The notes under the pieces are model-generated. The model saw nothing but the letters and a program-made list of their open reading frames with translations. It did no database searches and was not told the DNA's origin. A stretch of DNA of 44,491 bases from a bacterium (GTDB lineage Bacteria; SZUA-182; DTGQ01; JAFGSM01), in the NCBI GenBank assembly GCA_049472355.1, contig JBLIRP010000021.1:1-44491 (forward strand), read 5' to 3'. Position numbers and translations under genes: made by a program. Shown piece by piece: positions 21,097 to 30,217 of the stretch (its first letter is position 1; each line of letters starts with the position of its first letter).

Positions 21097-22763
21097 GGCA
21101 GAATCATCTCCTCGATACCGGCCCCTGCGGGGACCATGGGGAAAACGTTTTCCTCCCTGGCAACGCGTACATCCACCACCACGGGTTTATCGGTTGCGAA
21201 TGCCTCTTCAAGCACCGGACGCAGCTCATCGGGCTTCTCGGCCCTGAGGCCGACGGCGCCGTATGCCTCGGCCAGCTTGACGAAGTCCGGCTGACACTCC
21301 ATGCAGGTCCCCGAGTACCGCTTCTTCATGAACAGGTCCTGCCATTGCCTGACCATGCCCAGGTACTGGTTGTTGAGGATGACCACATTCACCGGCACGT
21401 TGTACTGCACCGCCGTGGCAAGTTCCTGGGAGACCATCTGGAAACTCCCATCGCCCGCCACATCGATGACCAGTGCATCGGGCCTTGACAGTTGCGCGCC
21501 GATGGCTGCCGGGAACCCGAAACCCATGGTCCCGAGCCCGCCGGAGGAGAGGAATGTCCTCGGTTTTGTAAAGGTATAGTAGTGGGCGACCCACATCTGG
21601 TGCTGTCCGACCTCGGTGGCAATGACGGTGGTGCGGTCCTTGGTGAGATCGTAGATCTCCTTGACCACGCACTGTGGTTTTATGATCGTATCCGAACACT
21701 CGAAGGTCAGGGGGAAGTCCCGTTTCCACATCTCGATGCGCTCGAGCCATCCCGACCGGTCCACCGGCCGGATCTCCTTGGTCAGTGCGGTGAGAATTGC
21801 CTTGGCATCCCCCACGATGGGGACCTGGACCCTGATATTCTTGCTTATGGCAGTCGGGTCGATGTCGATATGGATGTAGGTGGCGTTGGGGGCGAACTTG
21901 TCCAGCCTGCCGGTGACCCGATCGTCAAACCGCGCGCCGATTGCGATGAGCAGGTCACACTCGGTCACCGCCATGTTGGCATATTTGGTTCCATGCATCC
22001 CCAGCATGCCCAGAAAATGGGGGTTGAGGCCGCTGATGCCCCCCAATCCCAAAAGGGTTGTGGTGATCGGAAGATGCCCCGTGTCCACCAGCCGGGTCAA
22101 CTCCTCGGCTGCGCCGGAGGCGATGACACCGCCCCCCGCATAGACCACCGGCCTTTTCGACTCGTTGATGAGCTTTGCAGCCATGCCGATCTGCTTGGGG
22201 TGCCCATGGAAGGTGGGCTTGTACCCCCGTAAATCCACCTCCTTGGGGTAGTGAAAGGGACAGCTATCCAGGAGTACATCCTTGGGCAGATCCACCAGGA
22301 CCGGCCCCGGACGTCCCGTGGTGGCGATATGGAACGCCTCCTTGACCGTCCTGGCCAGGTCCTTGACATCCCTCACCAGGTAGTTGTGCTTGGTGATCGA
22401 CCTGGTGATGCCGACGATATCCGCCTCCTGAAAGGCGTCATTCCCGATCATGCTGGTGGGGACCTGCCCGGTGAAGGCGACCATGGGGACGGAATCCATG
22501 TAAGCGGTGGCAAGGCCGGTGACGATATTGGTGGCGCCCGGCCCGGAGGTGCTCATGCATACCCCGGCCCTTCCGCTCGCCCGGGCATATCCGTCTGCGG
22601 CATGGACCGCCCCCTGTTCGTGGCGCACCAGGATGTGCTGGATAGGGGAATCAAGGAGCAGGTCATAGATCCCCAGGACGGTCGCCCCGGGAAAACCGAA
22701 TATGTGGGTAACCCCTTCCTTGCGAAGGCTTTCCAAGAATATCTGAGAGCCTGTCATGGTCAT
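21093..22763 (-). CDS. ilvB: Acetolactate synthase large subunit, copy 1
   Basis: Same motif set ([29 protein letters not shown]). Confidence 0.95.
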   Translation of the reverse strand: MTMTGSQIFLESLRKEGVTHIFGFPGATVLGIYDLLLDSPIQHILVRHEQGAVHAADGYARASGRAGVCMSTSGPGATNIVTGLATAYMDSVPMVAFTGQVPTSMIGNDAFQEADIVGITRSITKHNYLVRDVKDLARTVKEAFHIATTGRPGPVLVDLPKDVLLDSCPFHYPKEVDLRGYKPTFHGHPKQIGMAAKLINESKRPVVYAGGGVIASGAAEELTRLVDTGHLPITTTLLGLGGISGLNPHFLGMLGMHGTKYANMAVTECDLLIAIGARFDDRVTGRLDKFAPNATYIHIDIDPTAISKNIRVQVPIVGDAKAILTALTKEIRPVDRSGWLERIEMWKRDFPLTFECSDTIIKPQCVVKEIYDLTKDRTTVIATEVGQHQMWVAHYYTFTKPRTFLSSGGLGTMGFGFPAAIGAQLSRPDALVIDVAGDGSFQMVSQELATAVQYNVPVNVVILNNQYLGMVRQWQDLFMKKRYSGTCMECQPDFVKLAEAYGAVGLRAEKPDELRPVLEEAFATDKPVVVDVRVAREENVFPMVPAGAGIEEMILP

Positions 22764-22912
22764 CGGTCATACTTCCATTATTATAGGTGTCTGCGGTGAT
22801 CGGAGAATCCCGACTATATGCCGCACCGGAGGGTTGGCCTGCCGAGGAATACCCCATGCATACCACATGCAAGATTTACATACTCTACTGTCACCAAGGT
22901 TCATATGAAGGC

Positions 22913-24589
22913 TTACGACCCCTGGGGATTCTTGAGGATCGCTCCGGTGCTCGCCGATGTCACCAGCCTGCTGTACCGTGCCAGGTATCCTGTCCGTATC
23001 TTCGGCGCGGGCGCCTTCCACTTTTCCGCCCTCCGCTTCAGCTCCTCCCAGGAAACGAGCAGCTCCATCTTCCGTCCGGGTATGTCGATCCGGATGGGAT
23101 CCTTGTCCTTGACCAGGGCGATGGGCCCTCCCTCCATGGCCTCCGGTGATACATGGCCGATGCACGGCCCCCTGGTCCCCCCTGAAAAACGCCCGTCCGT
23201 AATGAGGGCGACGGAATCGGCAAGCCCCATGCCCATAATGGCAGCGGTGGGGGAGAGCATCTCCCGCATCCCCGGCCCCCCCTTGGGTCCCTCGTAACGG
23301 ATGACGAGCACATCCCCCGGCCGGATATCCCTTCCCATGATCGCCTTCATGGCCTCTTCTTCCGAATCGAAGCAGCGGGCCTTCCCCTCGAAGACCATCA
23401 TCTCGGGTTTCACCGCCGATTGCTTGACAATCGATCCCTCGGGCGCGAGGTTCCCCTTCAGGACCGCCATCCCGCCTTCCTTGTGATACGCCCGGTCCGG
23501 CGGCCTGATGATGTCGTCATCACAGATAACGGCCTGGTCGGCGATCTGATGGGTGGTGCACCCGGTCACCGTGGGGGTGTCGTGGAGTTTTTCCTTGATC
23601 CTCTTCTGGACCCCCGGGACACCGCCTGCCATATCGAGGTCCTCCATGAAATGTTCACCACCCGGCCTGAGGTTCGTCAGGTGGGGTGTATCGCGGCTGA
23701 TGTCGTCGAACAGGTCCAGGGGAAGGTCCACCCCCGCGTCCGCCGCGATTGCGGGCAGATGGAGCGCGGTATTGGTGGAACCCCCCAGGGTCATATCGAT
23801 GCGCACGGCATTCTCGAAGGATTTCCTGGTTAAGAATAGCCGTGCGTGTTCATTATTCTTGATCAGTTCCACCACCCTTCGGCCGCTTTCAAAGGCGATG
23901 CGCCTTTTCTGAGCGGAGACCGCAAGCGCGGTGGCGGAGCCCGCGAGGGACATCCCCAGCGCCTCCGTCATGCAGGCCATGGTATTGGCGGTATACAGGC
24001 CCTGGCAGGAGCCCGCACCGGGGCACGCCGCGATTTCGAGGTCGGACAGTTCCTCCTGTGAGATCTCTCCCTTCTGATAGCGGCCCACCGCCTCAAAGGT
24101 GTCCCTCACCAGGGAGAGCCGACGCATTTTATATCTGCCCGAAAGCATCGGCCCGGCGGTGACCACGACGGCAGGCAGATCGAGCCGAGCGGCCGCCATC
24201 AGCATGCCGGGGGTGATCTTGTCACAGTTGGTGAGAAGCACGATGCCGTCCAGGGAATGCGCCATGACGATGCTCTCGATCATATCGGCGATGAGCTCCC
24301 GTGACGGGAGGGAATAGTGCATGCCGGAGTGCCCCATGGCGATGCCGTCGCAGATTCCCGGGACACTGGTTATGAAACTATATCCCCCGCCCGAATGGAT
24401 GCCCTTTTCGACGAATCGTTCCATGTCACGCATACCGATATGCCCGGGGATGAGATCGGTAAAGGAGGAGACGAGGCCTACCAAGGGTGTTTCGAGGGCG
24501 GAACGCGGGAATCCCGTGGCGTACAGAAGCGCACGGTGGGGCGCCCGTTCGATACCGGCAAGGATCGTTTGACTTTTCAGGTTATTCAT
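22913..24589 (-). CDS. ilvD: Dihydroxy-acid dehydratase
   Basis: [45 protein letters not shown]; start at MNNLKS with AAGGAG RBS. Confidence 0.97.
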   Translation of the reverse strand: MNNLKSQTILAGIERAPHRALLYATGFPRSALETPLVGLVSSFTDLIPGHIGMRDMERFVEKGIHSGGGYSFITSVPGICDGIAMGHSGMHYSLPSRELIADMIESIVMAHSLDGIVLLTNCDKITPGMLMAAARLDLPAVVVTAGPMLSGRYKMRRLSLVRDTFEAVGRYQKGEISQEELSDLEIAACPGAGSCQGLYTANTMACMTEALGMSLAGSATALAVSAQKRRIAFESGRRVVELIKNNEHARLFLTRKSFENAVRIDMTLGGSTNTALHLPAIAADAGVDLPLDLFDDISRDTPHLTNLRPGGEHFMEDLDMAGGVPGVQKRIKEKLHDTPTVTGCTTHQIADQAVICDDDIIRPPDRAYHKEGGMAVLKGNLAPEGSIVKQSAVKPEMMVFEGKARCFDSEEEAMKAIMGRDIRPGDVLVIRYEGPKGGPGMREMLSPTAAIMGMGLADSVALITDGRFSGGTRGPCIGHVSPEAMEGGPIALVKDKDPIRIDIPGRKMELLVSWEELKRRAEKWKAPAPKIRTGYLARYSRLVTSASTGAILKNPQGS

Positions 24590-24866
24590 AGTTACTCCTT
24601 TGTCCGTCACCCCTTTGGGATGCCTTTTCATTACACCGGCCCTCCCGTGAGATACATCCCTGGATGATTTCAGCCATTCTGTCCTTGGTCCAGAGTTTTT
24701 GTTTCTTTATCTCCCTTTCCATCTGCTCCTGCTGAGGGGTGAGAAAGGCATGGCGTGTAAGCTCTTCGAGCCTTTCCTCATATTCCCTGTGTTTTTCTTC
24801 GAGCTTCTTGAATTCCCTATTGTGCTGACGAAGCACTTCCATGATCTTGGACTTGTCAGGGTACAT
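24582..24866 (-). CDS. DUF465/YdcH-like small coiled-coil protein
   Basis: [19 protein letters not shown]...[13 protein letters not shown] pattern; start chosen from a GGGAG RBS (uncertain). Confidence 0.75.
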   Translation of the reverse strand: MYPDKSKIMEVLRQHNREFKKLEEKHREYEERLEELTRHAFLTPQQEQMEREIKKQKLWTKDRMAEIIQGCISREGRCNEKASQRGDGQRSNYE

Positions 24867-24936
24867 CGTTACCATCTCCCTAAAAACGCCGGTAGGTTCA
24901 ATGACATCATGCCGTGGTCCGCGCATGGGAAGTGGA

Positions 24937-26388
24937 CTACGGCCTCAGTTCAAACCCGTCCTCGAGGACCTTGTTGATCTCTTGCAGGCGAGATCGTGTC
25001 TCGGGCGTTTGAGGGGACCGTAAGAGATTACCCTTTTCGCTATTGAGCCTGATCCTGTCCGCGTGGGTAAGGATATGGATCTTGTCCGAATTGGCGAGGA
25101 GAACACCCGGCACCTTTATTGCCGTGCTCTCTGCCCCGTCACTCAATTCCTCCTGCCGCACCTTGGTGAGAAAAAGCTGGGCCAGTTTTTCCGGTTCCTG
25201 AGTATCCTTGGATCGAAAGATTGCCAAAAGCTCATTCCTCATTTCGGATCTGACCAGAATGGAGCTCTGGACCGATTTCATATCCCCGGGGATGTATGCC
25301 CGCAAGATGGTGCTGTCCTCAGGAGGAGCGAGGGAAGGGGGAGCAGGCTCCGGTGCGGGGATAACCACAGGGGCGGGCGGTGCCACCGTGGGGGGCGCCA
25401 CCGGTTCTTTTGGAACCGATGCCACCTCGATCGGTTTTTCCAGGACCCCCTTGGTGAAGGGCATTGCTTCATATTCAGCCTTTCCTTTAGGGGGAAGGGG
25501 CTTTTGAACGACAACCGGAGGTTCCGGGCTCGGCGCCGGCGCCTTTTTGGCTTCGGCCACATCCATTTTGGCCTTGGTGAGCCAGGTTTGCACCTCTCGG
25601 GCATCCGCGCTGTTCGGCTGCTCGTATTTCAGGAATCCCTCGTAATACATGATCGCCTTTTCATTGTCATTCAGTTCGAAGTCATAGGTTTTGCCGAGAT
25701 TGTACAGCGCATCCGTATAATTCGGTCTGAGATCGAGGGCCTTTTGATACTCCCTGACCGCCATTTGATGCTTTCCCTCCCTGCTGTAAAGGTTCCCCCG
25801 GTTTTTATGGGCAATCGCCTTTTTGTAGGTCTCCTCATCCGCTTCCTCTGCCGTTTTTTCAGGCGGTGCGGGCTTCTCCGGTACAGGGGCCGCAACAGGG
25901 GGGGCCGCCGGCAAGGGTGGTGGCGTAACCACCACTGCGGGAGGGGGTTCCGCTGGAGGCGCCGGGGGGGTGACAACCACTGCAGGGGGCTCGGCCTTTT
26001 TCTCAACCGCGATTTGTTGCGGTTTTATCCCGTGCTCCTGTTCAATGGCTGCCAGCCAGCCCTTTATCTGTTGGGCGTCGGGGGTGTTTGATTCGAGTTC
26101 CAGAAATTTTTGCAGATAATTTGCCGCCTTTTGATAATCCTTCAGGTCGCTGTAATAGGTAACCCCCAAGTTGTAATACGCATCCACGTACTGGGGATAG
26201 ATCCTGACTGCCTCTTCATATTCTTTGACCGCCTTCTGGAACTCTCCTTTATCACAATATTCGTTTCCCAGACGGTTATGGATCTCCGCCTCCTGAGGGA
26301 CCTGGGCAAGGGATAGAGAGGGACTCAACAGTGCGAGTGAAATGATGGACACCCAGATTGCTGTTTTGAGATCGCGTACCCTGAGCAT
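24937..26388 (-). CDS. Exported tetratricopeptide-repeat protein with two TPR modules and Pro/Ala-rich linkers
   Basis: Signal peptide ending SLA|Q; HNRLGNEY..AYYNLG and HKNRGNLY..ALYNLG TPR units; AAGGAG RBS. Confidence 0.85.
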   Translation of the reverse strand: MLRVRDLKTAIWVSIISLALLSPSLSLAQVPQEAEIHNRLGNEYCDKGEFQKAVKEYEEAVRIYPQYVDAYYNLGVTYYSDLKDYQKAANYLQKFLELESNTPDAQQIKGWLAAIEQEHGIKPQQIAVEKKAEPPAVVVTPPAPPAEPPPAVVVTPPPLPAAPPVAAPVPEKPAPPEKTAEEADEETYKKAIAHKNRGNLYSREGKHQMAVREYQKALDLRPNYTDALYNLGKTYDFELNDNEKAIMYYEGFLKYEQPNSADAREVQTWLTKAKMDVAEAKKAPAPSPEPPVVVQKPLPPKGKAEYEAMPFTKGVLEKPIEVASVPKEPVAPPTVAPPAPVVIPAPEPAPPSLAPPEDSTILRAYIPGDMKSVQSSILVRSEMRNELLAIFRSKDTQEPEKLAQLFLTKVRQEELSDGAESTAIKVPGVLLANSDKIHILTHADRIRLNSEKGNLLRSPQTPETRSRLQEINKVLEDGFELRP

Positions 26389-26628
26389 TGATTTGATCTC
26401 CTTTCTCTAAAACTTTCGCTCTTTAGCCGGCCACTTCCGGTGGTGGCCCGGTTATTAACGGAGGATATGCAATAGATATCACTCTATCATACCATCTTGA
26501 ACAATGTCAAGGTAGTCCACCCGTAATTTCGTAGAAAAAACAAGATACTAAACACGGTCGCCGGTGATTCGGTCGCTCCATAGACCTCGGTGTTTGCGAT
26601 ACGGAGGTGTCGCATGTAATAAAACCGG

Positions 26629-26657
26629 TTGACTTTTATGCCGTTTTGGCATACAGT
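26629..26657 (+). promoter_or_regulatory. sigma70-type promoter with overlapping inverted repeat TATGCC-N5-GGCATA
   Basis: TTGACT-17 nt-TACAGT; palindrome at 26637-26653. Confidence 0.55.
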
Positions 26658-26834
26658 AGGGTCGTTGGGAGGCTGTCTGCGCCGCCACCCTACCCACGGG
26701 TATTATCCATGATTCCGTCAACAAGGGCCCGCTCAAGTGTTCCCTCGTGAGGAAAAGGCATTCATGCATTAGATTGACGCGGTCTTCGCCCGTTTGATCG
26801 GAATGACTGGGCACCATATCATTACACAGGATTC

Positions 26835-27521
26835 ATGACGTCTCTTGCGTCCCTTTTTGGTATTATCGTAGGTTCCTCACATTTTGAGGGGGGATTGGTC
26901 GCCCTCTTTGCCCGGGATCAGGTGCGAAATACCCTGATACAGGTATTGCAGCCCTTTGCGTCAGGGGCGCTTCTCTCACTGGCCATTGTACATCTGATCC
27001 CCTTGTCTCTCAGGATGTTTCCCTGGTCTGCGGTGGTGCTCCTCGGCGCCATTGCCGGGCTCATGGTGCTGTCGGAGTTCAATACACCCGACAGGGTCCT
27101 GGTCCTTACCCCCCGGTGGGGGCAGGGTCTTCTCCTCATGATGTATTCTTTGAGCCTGGGGATTGTGCTGGGCATTCCACTCCCTCTGGGCTTCCGGATG
27201 GTCCTTATCGCCGCGATCGTTGGGATTCCGACCCAGTTTGTGCAGGGGGTGAAGCGGAGTGTCAGAAAATCGGGCCAGCGGGAAAAGGGAGGTATGATGC
27301 GGCTCGTGGTGAACTCCCTGCCCATACCATTGACCGTTTTTGTGCTGCAGGTACTCTCCCCGCTGCTTCGTCCTGCACATGCCGGGTTTCTCCTCTCCTT
27401 TGCCACCGCAGTGATCCTTTACCAGGGGATGCTGGAATTCCGGATCCCCTATCCCTTTAAACGATCCGCCCTCAAGGTCCTCTACTTCCTCACCGGGGTC
27501 TTTCTCGTGTACTGTCTGTAG
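26835..27521 (+). CDS. Multi-pass membrane protein, divergent ZIP (ZupT-like) family
   Basis: FASGALLSLAIVHLIP and SFATAVILY resemble ZIP TM2 and TM7 signatures; about 7-8 hydrophobic segments. Confidence 0.6.
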   Translation: MTSLASLFGIIVGSSHFEGGLVALFARDQVRNTLIQVLQPFASGALLSLAIVHLIPLSLRMFPWSAVVLLGAIAGLMVLSEFNTPDRVLVLTPRWGQGLLLMMYSLSLGIVLGIPLPLGFRMVLIAAIVGIPTQFVQGVKRSVRKSGQREKGGMMRLVVNSLPIPLTVFVLQVLSPLLRPAHAGFLLSFATAVILYQGMLEFRIPYPFKRSALKVLYFLTGVFLVYCL

Positions 27522-27534
27522 ACCGGACACTCCT

Positions 27535-27563
27535 TTGCCAACCGTGCGCGGTTATGGTATTTT
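27535..27563 (+). promoter_or_regulatory. sigma70-type promoter for the hydrogenase maturation genes
   Basis: TTGCCA-17 nt-TATTTT with TGn extended -10; imperfect palindrome AACCG..CGGTT in the spacer. Confidence 0.5.
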
Positions 27564-27603
27564 AGAAGGAAATCATTACGAACGCTTAAAGGAGAATCGA
27601 GAT

Positions 27604-28137
27604 ATGGATGCTAACCCGGACGTATCCTTGTCCGCCAAGAGATACAGATTAACCATACTGGGCCTGGGGAACCTTTTGTTCAAAGACGAGGGGTTCGGGG
27701 TCCATTTCGTCAGGGAGTTTCAGGGCAGGTACCGCCTCCCGGAGGATGTGGCCGTTCTCGACGGCGGCACCCTCGGGTATATGCTCATGGACGACATCTG
27801 CCGGACCGAGCATCTGCTGGTTGTGGATACGGTGAGGGCCGATGACGAGCCAGGCTCCATCTACCGGTTCACTCCCGAGGCGATTCCCCTTCGGGTGCAT
27901 TATAACGTAAGCGCCCATGAGGTGGAGTTCCTGGACGTGCTCTCCAAGGCGGCAATGCTGGGGGAGGCCCCCGAGACCGTGATCATCGCGGTCGTGCCCG
28001 AGGACATTGTGGGCACGGGGATCGAACTGACCCCATCGGTGCGGGCATGTTTGCCGAAGGTGGAGGCATTGGTCAAGGAGGAATTGCACCGGATGGGGAT
28101 CGCAGTTGACGATCCGCACCCCGAACACGTGGGGTGA
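27604..28137 (+). CDS. Hydrogenase maturation endopeptidase (HyaD/HybD family)
   Basis: LGLGNLLFKDEGFGVH, DGGT, VVD, SAHE; ATG 27604 with AAGGAG RBS. Confidence 0.93.
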   Translation: MDANPDVSLSAKRYRLTILGLGNLLFKDEGFGVHFVREFQGRYRLPEDVAVLDGGTLGYMLMDDICRTEHLLVVDTVRADDEPGSIYRFTPEAIPLRVHYNVSAHEVEFLDVLSKAAMLGEAPETVIIAVVPEDIVGTGIELTPSVRACLPKVEALVKEELHRMGIAVDDPHPEHVG

Positions 28138-28194
28138 GACACCGCGGTTTCAGTGCGCAGCGATACCCAATCCGTTGAAAGAGGGACACCGATC

Positions 28195-28443
28195 ATGTGT
28201 ATTGCATTTCCGGCAAAGATCTTCAAGATCGAGGAGAACAACATGGCCCTGGTGGAGATCGAGGGGACGGTCAAGAGGGTCTCCCTCGACCTTCTGGACG
28301 GAGAGGTCTCCCTGGGCGATTACGTCATCTCCCACGCAGGATTTGCCATCCATAGGATTGACAAGGAAGCCGCCGAGGAGAGGCTGGATCTCCTCAGGGA
28401 ATTGATCAGCATCGAATGCGGGGATGAACAGGAATCGTCATGA
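28195..28443 (+). CDS. hypC: Hydrogenase assembly chaperone HypC
   Basis: N-terminal MCIAFPAKI; GDYVISHAGFAI. Confidence 0.95.
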   Translation: MCIAFPAKIFKIEENNMALVEIEGTVKRVSLDLLDGEVSLGDYVISHAGFAIHRIDKEAAEERLDLLRELISIECGDEQESS

Positions 28444-29546
28444 AGTACATCGATGAATATCGTGACCGGGACATCTCCGCGGAACTGGTGCGCCGGATCA
28501 CCGCCCTGAAGGGGGAGATTCCGCACCCCGTCAAGATCATGGAGATATGCGGAACCCACACCGTGTCAATCTCCAAGTCCGGCATTCGCCAACTGCTGCC
28601 GGATGATATACAGATCATTTCAGGCCCCGGGTGCCCGGTGTGCGTCACCCCCCTGGGAGAGGTGGATGCGGCCATCGACCTGGCATCCAGGCAGGAGGTC
28701 ATCCTCACCACGTACGGCGATATGGTGCGGGTTCCCGGGACGGCATCGAGCCTCCAGGAATTAAAGGCCTCGGGCAGTGATATCCGGGTGGTCTATTCCT
28801 CCCTCGATGCACTGGAGATCGCCGAGAAAAACCCGGAGCGGCAGGTGGTGTTCCTGGCTGTGGGATTCGAAACCACCGCACCTGCATCCGCTTTGGCCAT
28901 CCATAAGGCAAGGGCAAGGGGGATCGGTAACTTCAGCGTGCTCTGCCTGCACAAGGTGATTCCCCCGGCTTTGCAGGCGCTGTTGCCGGAGAATGCGAAC
29001 CGGATCGACGGATTTATCTGCCCGGGGCATGTGAGCGTGATCATCGGCGCACAGGCGTATGAATGTCTGGCCAGGGCAGGCAAGGCCGCCGTGGTTACGG
29101 GATTTGAACCGCTCGATATCCTCGAGGGGCTATGGATGATCATGCGGCAGGTCCGTGAACACGAGCCGAAGGTAGAGATACAGTATGCCCGGGTGGTAAC
29201 CTGGGAGGGAAACAGGACCGCGCAACGGGAGATGGAAAGGGCCTTCGAGACCTGCACCGCATCATGGAGGGGTCTCGGAGAGATACCGGAAAGCGGTCTG
29301 AGGATACGCGAGGAATTTCGCGCCTATGATGCGGCGGCGCGTTTCGGGGTAACCGTCGAACATAAGGCCGACCCTCCCGGCTGCTCATGCGGGGATATCC
29401 TGCGGGGGATGATGGCGCCCCGGGAGTGCGCACTGTTCGGCACTGCCTGCAGTCCCGCTCACCCGGTGGGTCCCTGTATGGTTTCCTCAGAGGGCGCGTG
29501 CGCCGCACACTACAAATATTCACAACGGAAAGGCACAAGGCAATGA
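28440..29546 (+). CDS. hypD: Hydrogenase maturation protein HypD
   Basis: CGTH, GPGCPVC, GFETT, PGHVS, GPCMVSSEGAC. Confidence 0.97.
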   Translation: MKYIDEYRDRDISAELVRRITALKGEIPHPVKIMEICGTHTVSISKSGIRQLLPDDIQIISGPGCPVCVTPLGEVDAAIDLASRQEVILTTYGDMVRVPGTASSLQELKASGSDIRVVYSSLDALEIAEKNPERQVVFLAVGFETTAPASALAIHKARARGIGNFSVLCLHKVIPPALQALLPENANRIDGFICPGHVSVIIGAQAYECLARAGKAAVVTGFEPLDILEGLWMIMRQVREHEPKVEIQYARVVTWEGNRTAQREMERAFETCTASWRGLGEIPESGLRIREEFRAYDAAARFGVTVEHKADPPGCSCGDILRGMMAPRECALFGTACSPAHPVGPCMVSSEGACAAHYKYSQRKGTRQ

Positions 29547-30205
29547 AGATACCGGTGGTGACGAATATTCTCAAGGCAAACCAGCAGATCGCCAACGATA
29601 ACAGGTCCCTGTTCACCAAGAAGGGGATCTATGTGATGAACCTGATGAGCTCTCCGGGGGCGGGGAAAACCACCCTCCTGGAACATACCATAGGCGCCCT
29701 CAAGGACCGGTACCGCATGGCGGTCATCGAGGGTGACATCCAGGACACCTGCGACAGTGAGCGCATTGCCGCACACGGCATCCCCGCGGTCCAGATCAAC
29801 ACCGGCGGCGCCTGCCACCTGGATGCACCCATGATTCATCAGGCCATCTCCTCGCTTGACCTTGACCACCTCGACGCCCTGGTGGTCGAGAATGTCGGGA
29901 ACCTGGTGTGCCCGGCTGAATTCGATATCGGGGAACACGACAAGGTGATGATCCTGAGCGTTACCGAAGGGGATGACAAGCCGCAGAAGTACCCGCTCAT
30001 GTTCTCCCTGTCCTCCGCCCTCCTTCTCAACAAGGTCGACCTCCTCCCCCATGTCTCCTTCGATATGGACAAGGCAAAGGAGGTCGCGAGAAAACTACGG
30101 CCCGGCATAGAGATATTCGATGTCTCGTGTACGAAGGGCTCCGGCCTGTCAACCTGGTGCGCATGGCTTGCGCGGAGAATTGACGGAGCCCGGGCCGGCG
30201 CATGA
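29543..30205 (+). CDS. hypB: Hydrogenase nickel incorporation GTPase HypB (short form)
   Basis: SSPGAGKT, IEGD, GGACHLDA, ENVGNLVCPA, EGDDKPQKYP, NKVD; ATG 29543 overlaps the hypD stop. Confidence 0.96.
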   Translation: MKIPVVTNILKANQQIANDNRSLFTKKGIYVMNLMSSPGAGKTTLLEHTIGALKDRYRMAVIEGDIQDTCDSERIAAHGIPAVQINTGGACHLDAPMIHQAISSLDLDHLDALVVENVGNLVCPAEFDIGEHDKVMILSVTEGDDKPQKYPLMFSLSSALLLNKVDLLPHVSFDMDKAKEVARKLRPGIEIFDVSCTKGSGLSTWCAWLARRIDGARAGA

Positions 30206-30217
30206 CGGGAGCGTCCC

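Noticed and set aside
26486..26510. TTGACA/TATGAT promoter for the TPR gene
   Set aside because: The spacer is only 13 nt; at most an extended -10 element.
26660..26834. yybP-ykoY, NiCo or ZTP riboswitch before the ZIP-like gene
   Set aside because: The conserved core nucleotides of these classes were not found by eye.
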